Shown here one piece after another: positions 22,901 to 29,975 of a stretch of DNA of 64,000 nt (positions are counted from its first letter, which is position 1; each line of letters begins with the position of its first letter). The DNA is taken from contig JACJYM010000001.1 in the NCBI GenBank assembly GCA_020636155.1, positions 282,627-346,626 of the forward strand, read 5' to 3'. The notes beneath the pieces are model-generated. The model saw nothing but the letters and a program-made list of their open reading frames with translations. It was not told the DNA's origin and ran no database searches. The position numbers were made by a program, and so were the translations under genes. This DNA is from Lewinellaceae bacterium (GTDB lineage: Bacteria; Bacteroidota; Bacteroidia; Chitinophagales; Saprospiraceae).

Positions 22901-24692
22901 GACCGTTTTCATCCGAAATGGTTTGAGCCACAATATTCAAATCTTCATCATAAAGATTGATTTTAAATCCTTTGATACCCGGCTCATCTGCGTCTTGAAG
23001 TCCGTTTTTATTTGAATCCAACCAAACTAAGTTACCAATTTGGATTTTAGGCGGAATACAGGTTGCTTTGATTTCACCAAAACCAGTGGCTTTACCAAAT
23101 AGAGAAGCAATATTACTTTGATATAGCTCCACTCCATCGATTCTTTTACCGGTACGAGTATCCAATCTAATCAATCCACCAGAATAAGTATTATACAACG
23201 GATCATAGGCCGTCGTTATGACAGAGTTTCTATCTCTTAATGTAAATAGACTTCCTATTGCGGTTTCAGGATCCGAGATAGGATTTGCAATCCAGTTATC
23301 ATCGAAAAATTCTCCCCCACCAGGTCCTTCATTATTGTCAGGATGAGCTCCAAAAAGCGAACCCGCAACCGCATTGTTTTCGAGTTTCCAAACACCATTA
23401 TCATTCCATACCATTAAAATATCAGGACTTTGTCTATCCACTCTACTTCCAGAATCTGTACAATATCGATGCCCTACTCTATCAGATAGTGCGATAATCA
23501 TGTTTCCATCATCGGTAAAGTCGATATCAGTAAACCAATGAGAAACTTTTTTATTGGATGGGTCATCATTCCAAAATCCTTTTATATAATTAGTAGCAAA
23601 AATTTCTTCAAATGGCTCGTCCGTATTATTTTCATCTAATTTATATACGACAGCATAGGAGTCATTTTCATTTTTTGAATACTCCGCAGAACAAGTTAAA
23701 CCAACATATAACTTGCCATCGTAAAATTTACTTGCAAAGGGATAAGCTTCACCACCAGAACATTCCGAATTCGGAATTTTAAAAATTTCTGTGGTCTCCG
23801 GTATTGGGTTTTCAAGATTTATTTTTACTATTTCCTTTTCACTAATATTAATGACATATAGTGACTGAAAATCAGGAGAAATCTGGATAGATCCAAGACC
23901 TCTTTTACCAACCTGAGCACCATAAGCACAGTCCATTGGGTCTGTTACGGTAAGTGGTTTTACAGTGACACCAAGGTCAGAAAGTTTGACGAATAAATTA
24001 GTTTCCTTATTATTTAAAAACTCTGTTTGATAAATGGCATCAGCGCCATAATCGGTGACTCCCGAATTCTGCTTAATGTAAGCGGCAGAATAAAGAATTC
24101 GCTTATAAGGATGCCAAGCTAATCCCCAAACAGAACCTGTTTTTCCGTGCTTTGCAACACTTGAAACGGGGCTATTTGTAGTAAATTCATAAGGTACACT
24201 CACTATGGATTCCATATTAGGATAAACATCCACTCTGTCTTGAACAAAACAAGTGAGTACAACCATGGCATTATCTTCACATCCATCCGCATTAAGCATT
24301 GCAAAATAATTATGACAAGATGGAACTTCAGCAAACTGCACAATGGTACCATTATCAGGACCTTCGAATGAAGGTACTTTTCCAACAGGTAAATTGAAAA
24401 CCAATTTTACCTTGGTTTCGTCTTCAAGACCTGTGAAGGCATAGTATCCATTGGCATCAGTGTAGGCCTCACCTATCAAACCACCATCATCATCGTAGGC
24501 GGTTACTTTAGCGTTCCTAATGGGCTGCTCATATTCATCCCATATACCATCGTTACTGAAATCATTAAAAACTGAACCTTCTACCATTCCGGATGAAGGA
24601 ACACATTGCGCAAACAGAACGTTTGCAAAAATTAGTAATGCATTGATTGCGGCCAATAGCATGACCGAGCGAAAGTAATAATTCTTTCTCAT
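13908..24692 (-). CDS. giant (3594 aa) secreted multi-repeat adhesin-like protein with T9SS C-terminal sorting domain
   Basis: Signal peptide 'MRKNYYFRSVMLLAAINALLIFANVLFAQ'. An SdrD-B/Cna-B-like unit is 'GSVFNDFSNDGIWDE..YDDDGGLIGEAYTDANGYYAFTGL'. Six 'DLALIK...NYAEI..ND.GG..NS.TDN...DEDDHDPA' repeats (DUF11-type) fall in two blocks. There is a long HYR-like Cys-framed array. A dockerin-like module 'STLDLVLIQRHILGL..DINNDEKVSASDLIELRKNILGL' lies at about 14763-14960. A T9SS CTD '..PNPWANSTFIEFYAP..' lies at 13911-14165. Confidence 0.88.
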   Translation of the reverse strand: MRKNYYFRSVMLLAAINALLIFANVLFAQCVPSSGMVEGSVFNDFSNDGIWDEYEQPIRNAKVTAYDDDGGLIGEAYTDANGYYAFTGLEDETKVKLVFNLPVGKVPSFEGPDNGTIVQFAEVPSCHNYFAMLNADGCEDNAMVVLTCFVQDRVDVYPNMESIVSVPYEFTTNSPVSSVAKHGKTGSVWGLAWHPYKRILYSAAYIKQNSGVTDYGADAIYQTEFLNNKETNLFVKLSDLGVTVKPLTVTDPMDCAYGAQVGKRGLGSIQISPDFQSLYVINISEKEIVKINLENPIPETTEIFKIPNSECSGGEAYPFASKFYDGKLYVGLTCSAEYSKNENDSYAVVYKLDENNTDEPFEEIFATNYIKGFWNDDPSNKKVSHWFTDIDFTDDGNMIIALSDRVGHRYCTDSGSRVDRQSPDILMVWNDNGVWKLENNAVAGSLFGAHPDNNEGPGGGEFFDDNWIANPISDPETAIGSLFTLRDRNSVITTAYDPLYNTYSGGLIRLDTRTGKRIDGVELYQSNIASLFGKATGFGEIKATCIPPKIQIGNLVWLDSNKNGLQDADEPGIKGFKINLYDEDLNIVAQTISDENGQYIFDNLIPLKTYFIGIDVSNFTPDEEYLVNDGKIYEFTVNTEPSDESESLENSDINFSGQKASDYLVEIFTLTTNHNYDIGLIESNNFDLALINEYEGGSCVKLNDIAPFKISVKNQGTLSEFEYTLVAYLTPNYEFVPELNPDWVLVGNKAYLKISKGIDATVTKDFYINLRVKGGAANDYILYAEIVNAKDLDGNDLIDSDSTMDDDVTNDAGGEFQSEWDDVMTGNGSDDEDDHDPAAPPIFDMALKYEVTEYDESITLGTKVKTLITVYNQGILPSEFLKLVVNLPAGLDFEPSENPGWTLVGDKLYFDYFASIPVSYKSEFDLIFRTNENASGDMVWYAEIAQEQSSETNCDFDSVADDNLTNDKGGQVNSSTDNLVTDHGEIDEDDNDPVSLNVKFLDLALIKYTEKTVVEKGELVEYFIEIFNQGDVPVYKVMIADYLADETKLEDSNWTMANDHTATREIEFPDGLGAGENYIMSIKVRIDADADHHLLMNYAEIAQIFGKDGVDISDMDIDSSPDMDESNDAGGKYNTSTDNQINGNRVEDEDDHDPAALKIIDAYIEDTRCLQSTATTNSGFFEDDIVVEGPPSEEWEVLQVVNGYVSPVSDPAVEISAGTLLSETAVTTDITSQYRITVAYETGTIYTIRFINNAGDTKEISNGPSEFLQLELSGKTSICGVDTETYSLSEDIPGASYTWSLSNPTGGVISGSGSIVTIDWAGISGIYEINVEITGVDDCYYIVPLNVSVGLVEGAMACIGDLQLSLGASCSMTVTPQMLSSIPLDLNAPYSVMLTDAYGNAIPNATLTAEHVGTTVMAKLVESCGQNSCWSFITVEDKMAPSIVCEDLSLPCYKIGNFFGPVVNDNCGGEVQMVLLNSVTNVLTCDPDYSKEIISQYQAIDQYGNKSAVCEITMSVERPDFDLVVPPLDLLKSEGNNLVCSGDFPEDELGNPDPVYTGVPTIDGIPMYPSFEGACYTGVGYSDRIIEFSGCVTKVMRTWTLAQATCDFSDPLEFVQTIEIVDTDKPTIECPDPIVASASSGNCEATVLLPSPLANDACSGTNYTIDIHVDDDFFFENQSSALVTLSTGVHVITYRVYDACGNSNSCTTTVTVNDKTPPTVVCDQNTIVGLNSNGVAYIYASSIDDGSTDACGIAYMEVRRVEVNDVCGLDNEFGPSVAFCCNDVGQQTMVELRVWDYAGNSNSCMVNVVVQDKFPPVITPPANMTISCEQVIDFNNLSEFGTPTVTDACGALLIEHTPYVDINTCRTGEIIRYFEATDANGSASAQQVITIVNDHPFDFVIDWPEDVFITDNCSALDLSPDNLPDGQGYPTYDDGVCAQVGVTYKDLYFPIEDVNGACFKIIRRWTIVDDCQPDVDPALHDQTIMVSNTISPTIVGDCNLVPEECNNDGDCDNGFIVLSMSATDDCTPASSLAWSYKIDLNSDGVFEQPVTGVGPTASASGDYPVGEHVIVWSFEDMCGNVTSCEQHFKINNCVKPVVACKDSVSIALEFMHVNGSDIEMACLTAESLAASSSHPCDYDYYFSFDTLTLVEEMCFSCYDIGFNDKTIYIIDEFGNYSSCDVVVEVQDNNDVDICPTFDLALIKTFNAAQSTIQYGSDVQFDILVCNQGSENVIRVDVNDYIPVGYTLNDPDWTLSGSTAKISLLEGGGIIPAGGIPSTGDSCITVPITLTLNNTGNPDDYINYAEIDFGEDTFGFTSANDIDSEADSNTSQEKDVLPNSPGDNDLYSDGADGNQDDHDPAVVPFVDLALIKVELSTGPYTYGDDVILQINVVNQGTLDATNVMVTDYIPCGFTLSNTNPGAWTVNAGGNATQIIPFIQAGAEVNLNISLTLQPCTDENAWLNYAEISSFDGGVDIDSTPDSNVNNDAGGVPNSDTDNVIDNSNSDEDDQDPALVEVFDLALTKTIVPNTPYDFGDTVTFNINIYNQGNVTATEFSVVDYLQCGFTFDSSLNPDWTFYGNGKYVVDINTNLNPGQSMIIPVSLIVVPCGLNTELFNYAEISSTPGEVDADSDPDINPDNDGPSVDDDIENTDGDEDDSDGASIILGPCNVDLVAPICASKDTTIVLSNTDYVVINPSWIDGGSTDDCSDVSLSVEPDTLFCSDLGDNTVILYVTDQAGNTSSCEATVTIDFQFEIQCVQDTVISLDIDGVTDLNPADFFIGDQTICGQDLIFELSKDFLACNDLNLGIVTTTLTVSLGTGESSSCDITITVIDSLPPVLTCVDQTYVCNEDYSIIPPSATDNCTEPELIVIDTISIIESLNQCGIGFISYTYTGTDLQGNVSSPCTQVITITSPANGFDLEDTNYESLPDTITISDCTTLDPTQLEGGALTADVDGLCALVSIDYSDTNLTPGGICIDTFERVWTVVDSCNMINSDSLATYYFTQYLIVIDTFPPVISGVSDTIISGSYPECEAYVDLSNVSATDCTPVLTVSNNSPYADDSNSLDASGTYPTGTTTVIITAVDDCGNIAMDTFTVTIENTKPYAVECFKIFKDIQDDGTVTVTPEDFLFGVFGDCDNVLDFSFSPTDINLDEEIYTCADVGDVPETIYWYENGVLVDSCESILTILDPNDICSGNLVDLTGSFRTSNGKYVNDVLVDLEGSELPQIQSIDGHYSFSDMPMGGEYTVVPNKNINHLEAVSTLDLVLIQRHILGLQKFDNPYTIVAADINNDEKVSASDLIELRKNILGLKSSFANNTSWKFIDKKYDFPINNPLNSGYPLVYHIPELYGNMIVDFVGVKIGDVNNSYTDELRSTKDDNRAMFNLNLVDQYISENEEINLDITIPQSEWYGLQLSLDQSLVEILSANVDKTNIVNFESARHKDNFNVILYNGNGVNEEVNISLSIKAKQAGRLSELLRIGTGLNAEIYTHELEKTNLALNWQLKENELNTLALVQNTPNPWANSTFIEFYAPESTNITLTIKDINAKVVYEKEINAVKGWNRTQVSENNLPIAGIYVYDITDGNSTISKRMILLNK
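16698..18104 (-). repeat. DUF11-type repeat block 2 (3 tandem units) within the 3594-aa protein
   Basis: Protein residues 2197-2665, running 'FDLALIKTFNAAQS..' to 'DGDEDDSDGA'. The coordinates were verified against the reverse complement at 18061-18104. Confidence 0.7.
21213..22637 (-). repeat. DUF11-type repeat block 1 (3 tandem units) within the 3594-aa protein
   Basis: Protein residues 686-1160. Each unit begins 'FD(L/M)AL(I/K)' and ends with an acidic 'D.D...NDAGG...TDN....DEDD(H/N)DP' linker. The coordinate count was checked against 'NFDLALINEYEG' at 22637. Confidence 0.7.
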
Positions 24693-25107
24693 TTTGGACC
24701 TTAGTTATTTTAACAAATTAAGCTAGAATCTATTACACATTCACTTTGAGAATTCTAAGAATCTCTTGCAGGTTTATTCGAATTAGATATACTAATCCCT
24801 AGGTTTATGGGACAAATATATGAATTATTCATAATATGTATTAATATATTATAATTATTTTTAATTTGTTTTTAATTTATATATATAACTAATTGCTTTA
24901 TAATTAATTATAATATTATTTTTTAAATAAAATTTTTACATAAAGCATACATATATTTCCATTATGTTCAAATTATTATTTATTTCATCTATTCCACTTA
25001 AAAAAAATTATTCAGAACATCCATTTATTCATCTTTTCAGAAAAACATTTAGCATCTTTGTTAATTATATGAAATACTAAATTTTAAATTTTTATGATTG
25101 GATAACT

Positions 25108-25141
25108 TACTGCATACTAGACATCCAATATGTATGCAGTA
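25108..25141 (+). promoter_or_regulatory. perfect 10-bp inverted repeat (TACTGCATAC-N14-GTATGCAGTA), 20 nt upstream of the arginine decarboxylase start
   Basis: The two arms, 25108-25117 and 25132-25141, are exact reverse complements. The element lies in the divergent intergenic region between the giant adhesin gene and the polyamine operon. Confidence 0.5.
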
Positions 25142-25160
25142 CAAACATCGGGGCAGGTAA

Positions 25161-26561
25161 ATGAAGAACAATTATTTTAATCTTATAAATCAAAGCTATT
25201 ATTTCCCTCAAGAGGGGTTTGACCTTCGAAACGACTACCTTACTTTTCATGGGTTTTCTCTAAAATATTTAATAGACAAATACGGTACGCCATTTAAGCT
25301 CACTTTTCTTCCTAGAATTGGTGATCAAATAAAAAAGGCTAAAAACCTCTTTAATAAAGCCATTAAAGCTAACAATTATAAAGGGGAATACTTCTACTGC
25401 TATTGTACCAAGTGCTGTCACTTTAATCATGTCATCAATGAAGCTCTCAATCACAATGTGCATTTGGAAACTTCCTCAAGTTTTGATATTGACTTAATTC
25501 AGAAACTTTACCAAAAAGGAAAAATCACGAAAAACATCCAGCTTATCCATAATGGTCATAAAACTGACGACTATCTAAGAAAAATCATAGCGCTTATAGA
25601 CGAAGGATTTACCAATGTCATTCCGGTACTGGATAGTAAAAAGGAATTGGATCGATTGTATGAAAACACCAAAGATGAGCTAACCATAGGAATAAGGATG
25701 GCCATCAATGAAGAACCTCAATCCGCCTATTACACTTCCAGACTCGGTATCAGATCGGCAGAAATCATTGATTTTTACAAACAAAAAATAGCACGTAAGA
25801 AAAGAGTCAAGCTCAAAATGTTGCACTTTTTTGTCGATTCCGGTATTAAAGACACTTTATATTACTGGGGTGAATTTAGAAAAGCACTGAAGATTTTTGC
25901 CGACCTCAAAAAAATATGTCCTACGCTTGACTCAATTAACCTTGGTGGTGGATTGCCGATTCGAAATAATCTGGGATTTGAATACGATTATAAGTACATG
26001 ATTAATGAAATCGTCAGAAACATCAAGGAGGTCTGTGAAAGCGAGGGCATTGCCGAGCCCAATATTTATACAGAATTTGGTAAATACACCGTGGGTGAAA
26101 GTGGCGCCACGATATTTTCTGTATTGGAACAGAAACAACAGAACGATTCAGAACTTTGGTATCTCATTGACAATAGTCTCATGAACACCATTCCGGATTC
26201 TTGGTCCATTTTCGAAAAGTTCATTTTGCTACCCGTCAACAAATGGAAAAATGAGTACAGTCAAGTCAATATAGGAGGTATAAGTTGTGACCACTCTGAT
26301 TATTATAATTCAGAAGATCTCAATCAACAGACCGTACTCCCGAGATTTCATGACGATGATGAAGAACCTCTCTATCTTGGATTTTTTCACACGGGAGCCT
26401 ATCAAGATGCCATCAGCGGATATGGAGGTATCAAACATTGCCTTATTCCGTCTCCAAAACATATCATAGTGGATCGTGATGAAACCGGCAACTATATTGA
26501 CTACGTATATCGAGGTCAACAGAGTGTCAATGAAATGCTCGAAATATTAGGATATGAATAA
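25161..26561 (+). CDS. speA: arginine decarboxylase (PLP-dependent, alanine-racemase-fold Orn/DAP/Arg decarboxylase family)
   Basis: 466 aa. Fold-III decarboxylase motifs are present: 'INLGGGLPI' (Gly-rich phosphate loop), 'GFFHTGAYQD' and 'GISCDHSDYY' (CxSxD-like). An agmatinase gene lies immediately downstream. Confidence 0.75.
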   Translation: MKNNYFNLINQSYYFPQEGFDLRNDYLTFHGFSLKYLIDKYGTPFKLTFLPRIGDQIKKAKNLFNKAIKANNYKGEYFYCYCTKCCHFNHVINEALNHNVHLETSSSFDIDLIQKLYQKGKITKNIQLIHNGHKTDDYLRKIIALIDEGFTNVIPVLDSKKELDRLYENTKDELTIGIRMAINEEPQSAYYTSRLGIRSAEIIDFYKQKIARKKRVKLKMLHFFVDSGIKDTLYYWGEFRKALKIFADLKKICPTLDSINLGGGLPIRNNLGFEYDYKYMINEIVRNIKEVCESEGIAEPNIYTEFGKYTVGESGATIFSVLEQKQQNDSELWYLIDNSLMNTIPDSWSIFEKFILLPVNKWKNEYSQVNIGGISCDHSDYYNSEDLNQQTVLPRFHDDDEEPLYLGFFHTGAYQDAISGYGGIKHCLIPSPKHIIVDRDETGNYIDYVYRGQQSVNEMLEILGYE

Positions 26562-26588
26562 AAAGAACAAATTAAATGACCTAAATTT

Positions 26589-27470
26589 TTGATTATGAGA
26601 AGATATTATGCAGGAATAGAAGAAGAGGCATTGGACTATAACAATTGTCACGTGTTGCTTCAATCCATCCCCTATGACGGCACCAGCACATGGGGAAAAG
26701 GTGCAGACAAAGGATATGAAGCCTTCATGAATGCCTCTGACAATATGGAAATCTACGACATAGAAACCGACACAGAACCTTACAAGGTAGGTGTGTATGT
26801 ACTGGATCCAAATACTGAGAAATCAAGTCCTGAAGCCATGTTTCTTTCTACTTATCATAATGCCAAGGAACATCTCGAGACCGGAAAAGTCGTAAGCTAT
26901 TTTGGTGGTGAACATTCTGTCAGTATAGGGATAATAAAAGCCATTTATGAAAAACATCCAGATATCACCATCTTGCAGATAGATGCACATGCAGATTTAA
27001 GACCCGAGTACCTTGGCACACCGTACAATCATGCCTGTGCCGTGTACGATGCTAGCAAACACTGCAACCTCATACAAGTAGGAATACGAAGTATGGATAT
27101 TCATGAAAAAAAACACATGAATATGAACAAAGTGTATTTTGCAGAAAATATTATGGATAATGACTATTGGATGGAAGAAGCCATCAGTAAAATGACGGGT
27201 AAAGTATACATTACCTTTGACCTCGATGCGTTTGACTCTTCCATCATGCCCTCCACCGGCACACCGGAACCAGGTGGTATGAAATGGTATCAAACCCTCG
27301 AGTTTCTGAGAAAGGTATTTAAGAGAAAAGAAGTCGTAGGATGGGATATTGTCGAGCTAGCACCAAATCCCGAAAATCCGGCTCCTGATTTTGTGGCGGC
27401 AAAACTTTATTACAAAATGTTGGCCTACAAATTTGAGAAGGAACTTACACTCATTGATGACGATTTTTAA
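26589..27470 (+). CDS. speB: agmatinase (arginase/ureohydrolase family)
   Basis: 293 aa. The Mn-binding motifs 'GGEHSVSIG', 'DAHADLR' and 'ITFDLDAFDSS' are present. Confidence 0.85.
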   Translation: MIMRRYYAGIEEEALDYNNCHVLLQSIPYDGTSTWGKGADKGYEAFMNASDNMEIYDIETDTEPYKVGVYVLDPNTEKSSPEAMFLSTYHNAKEHLETGKVVSYFGGEHSVSIGIIKAIYEKHPDITILQIDAHADLRPEYLGTPYNHACAVYDASKHCNLIQVGIRSMDIHEKKHMNMNKVYFAENIMDNDYWMEEAISKMTGKVYITFDLDAFDSSIMPSTGTPEPGGMKWYQTLEFLRKVFKRKEVVGWDIVELAPNPENPAPDFVAAKLYYKMLAYKFEKELTLIDDDF

Positions 27471-27489
27471 AATATAGAAAAATAATAGA

Positions 27490-28455
27490 ATGCAAATTAC
27501 CGAATTTTTAAAGCATCATTACAAACACTTCAATGCGGCAGCGCTGATTGATGCAGCGGATGGATACGTCGCTCACATGAATGATGGTGGAAAAATGATG
27601 ATTACACTTGCCGGTGCCATGAGTACTGCTGAACTAGGAAAATCTCTTGCTGAAATGATAAGGCAAGACAAAGTACAGATCATATCATGCACGGGTGCCA
27701 ACCTAGAGGAAGATATTATGAACTTGGTGGCTCATACACACTACAAAAGAGTTCCAAATTATAGAGATCTCAGTCCTCAAGAGGAATGGGATTTATTAGA
27801 AAACCATTTCAATCGAGTAACAGATACTTGCATACCAGAAGAGGAAGCATTTAGGAGAATACAAGCTCATCTATTTAAGGTCTGGAAAGATGCAGAAAAT
27901 GCGGGAGAAAGATATTTCCCCCACGAATTTATGTACAAAATGCTATTAAATGGATCCCTCGAAGAATATTATGAAATTGATCCCAAAAATAGCTGGATGC
28001 TTGCCGCTGCAGAAAAGAACATTCCAATAGTCGTTCCGGGATGGGAAGACAGTACCATGGGCAATATTTTTGCATCATACTGCATTAAAGGTGAACTAAA
28101 AGCCTCCACCACCAAAAGTGGCATAGAATATATGATGTGGTTGGCCGATTGGTACGTAAAAAATAGCGATGGCAAGGGTGTTGGGTTTTTTCAGATAGGA
28201 GGAGGTATCGCGGGAGATTTTCCGATCTGTGTCGTGCCCATGTTGTATCAAGACATGGAGATGGAAGACATTCCATTCTGGAGTTATTTCTGTCAGATAA
28301 GTGATAGTACGACGAGCTATGGCTCATACAGTGGTGCTGTTCCCAATGAAAAAATTACCTGGGGCAAGTTGGATATCAATACCCCAAAATTTATAGTAGA
28401 AAGTGATGCCACCATCGTGGCTCCCTTGATTTTTGCAATTATTTTAGGTTGGTAG
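27490..28455 (+). CDS. deoxyhypusine synthase-like protein (putative homospermidine synthase family)
   Basis: 321 aa. The DHS-family pattern includes 'ITLAGAMSTAELG', 'IPIVVPGWEDSTMG' and 'IGGGIAGDFP'. It is the third gene of the polyamine operon. Confidence 0.7.
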   Translation: MQITEFLKHHYKHFNAAALIDAADGYVAHMNDGGKMMITLAGAMSTAELGKSLAEMIRQDKVQIISCTGANLEEDIMNLVAHTHYKRVPNYRDLSPQEEWDLLENHFNRVTDTCIPEEEAFRRIQAHLFKVWKDAENAGERYFPHEFMYKMLLNGSLEEYYEIDPKNSWMLAAAEKNIPIVVPGWEDSTMGNIFASYCIKGELKASTTKSGIEYMMWLADWYVKNSDGKGVGFFQIGGGIAGDFPICVVPMLYQDMEMEDIPFWSYFCQISDSTTSYGSYSGAVPNEKITWGKLDINTPKFIVESDATIVAPLIFAIILGW

Positions 28456-28559
28456 AAGTTTTTTATTTGTTGCAATTAATTATGTTTAAAAAATAAAATC
28501 TTATATTTGCAGCCGCTTAGAAAAAATTAAAAGATTTTGATTTTAATAAGTGCAAAAAG

Positions 28560-28633
28560 GGCTCCATAGCTCAGCTGGATAGAGCAACTGCCTTCTAAGC
28601 AGTAGGTCTCAGGTTCGAATCCTGATGGAGTCA
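28560..28633 (+). tRNA. tRNA-Arg (anticodon TCT)
   Basis: A 74-nt cloverleaf. The acceptor stem is GGCTCCA/TGGAGTC (one G-U pair), the D-arm is GCTC-AGCTGGATA-GAGC, the anticodon stem is ACTGC/GCAGT with loop CTTCTAA, and the T-arm is TCAGG-TTCGAAT-CCTGA. The discriminator is A, and CCA is not encoded. Confidence 0.9.
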
Positions 28634-28638
28634 CTAAT

Positions 28639-28664
28639 GGTCAGTACTTCACTGACCTTTTTTT
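28639..28664 (+). terminator. rho-independent terminator after tRNA-Arg
   Basis: GGTCAGT-ACTTC-ACTGACC followed by TTTTTTT. Confidence 0.8.
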
Positions 28665-28692
28665 ATTGATAAAACTATAATAACCAATCATT

Positions 28693-28726
28693 TATGTACT
28701 CATATTAAAAAACATCATTATATTTG
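28693..28726 (+). promoter_or_regulatory. putative Bacteroidetes sigma-A promoter (-7 box TATATTTG) for the RtcB-like gene
   Basis: TAnnTTTG lies at 28719-28726, 40 nt upstream of the ATG. A weak TTTATG -33-like element lies about 20 nt further upstream. Confidence 0.35.
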
Positions 28727-28729
28727 TAA

Positions 28730-29398
<669 letters not shown>

Positions 29399-29422
29399 TA
29401 TCTTTGCACACAAATTAATAAT

Positions 29423-29521
29423 ATGAATCAAGGAATAAAGTTGAAATATATCACGGCGCAGTGCTCTGTAAAGCTGGATATGACATACTTTATTAAGGGG
29501 TTTAAGAAGGATATCTATTGA
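29423..29521 (+). CDS. 32-aa small ORF downstream of the RtcB-like gene (speculative)
   Basis: An ATG-initiated ORF, 'MNQGIKLKYITAQCSVKLDMTYFIKGFKKDIY', lies between the RtcB-like stop and a strong terminator. There is no homology evidence. Confidence 0.2.
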   Translation: MNQGIKLKYITAQCSVKLDMTYFIKGFKKDIY

Positions 29522-29547
29522 TGAAATAATATTTATTTTAGATAAAT

Positions 29548-29581
29548 AAGCGTCCTTCAGAAGTTGGACGCTTTTTTTTTG
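29548..29581 (+). terminator. rho-independent terminator
   Basis: AAGCGTCC-loop-GGACGCTT followed by TTTTTTTTT. Confidence 0.8.
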
Positions 29582-29764
29582 ACTTTTTTTTAAAATAAAA
29601 TATGCTAGAGCAATAAAAAACATATCATTGGGATATTGGCACATAAGTCATAGCAACTCAAAGACTTAGATATTTCGAAGTCAAAATGCATAAAGGCATT
29701 CGATATTGTATTGACTATATTTTTATATAACTATTTGATTTTCAATATTTTATTTTATTTTTTG

Positions 29765-29797
29765 TTTGGATATTTGAAAATAAATATATTACCTTTG
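29765..29797 (+). promoter_or_regulatory. canonical Bacteroidetes promoter (-33 TTTG, 21-nt spacer, -7 TACCTTTG)
   Basis: TTTG lies at 29765-29768 and TAnnTTTG at 29790-29797. This spacing is typical for Bacteroidetes sigma-A promoters. Confidence 0.5.
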
Positions 29798-29807
29798 CAT
29801 CGTAATA

Positions 29808-29915
29808 ATGATAAAAGAAATGAGACGTATAGAAATGAATACACATTGTGGGGAAAATCTGAAACAAGGTTTTTATTCAACTGATAAAATTAAAGGACAC
29901 AGGGCGAAACGTTAA
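29808..29915 (+). CDS. 35-aa small ORF (or sRNA) in a self-contained promoter-to-terminator unit
   Basis: 'MIKEMRRIEMNTHCGENLKQGFYSTDKIKGHRAKR'. It starts about 11 nt after the promoter -7 box and ends 27 nt before the terminator hairpin. Whether it codes for protein is uncertain. Confidence 0.25.
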   Translation: MIKEMRRIEMNTHCGENLKQGFYSTDKIKGHRAKR

Positions 29916-29941
29916 ATATATTTCAATAGCATGATATATCT

Positions 29942-29975
29942 AAAGCATCTCCTTGTAGCGAGGAGATGCTTTTTT
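29942..29975 (+). terminator. rho-independent terminator
   Basis: AAGCATCTCC-(T)TGTAGCG(A)-GGAGATGCTT followed by TTTTTATTT. Confidence 0.8.

Noticed and set aside
14704-24385. Short ORFs on both strands inside the 3594-aa gene (e.g. 17495-17683, 18054-18311, 19711-19968, 21707-22304, 23285-23497, 24203-24385)
   Set aside because: Antisense or out-of-frame artefacts within a continuous 10.8-kb ORF. They have no start context and no motifs.
8033-24692. CRISPR array or IS element explaining the repetitive DNA
   Set aside because: The repeats are in-frame protein-domain repeats (HYR and DUF11 units) with diverged nucleotide sequence. There are no short identical direct repeats with unique spacers, and no transposase or terminal inverted repeats.
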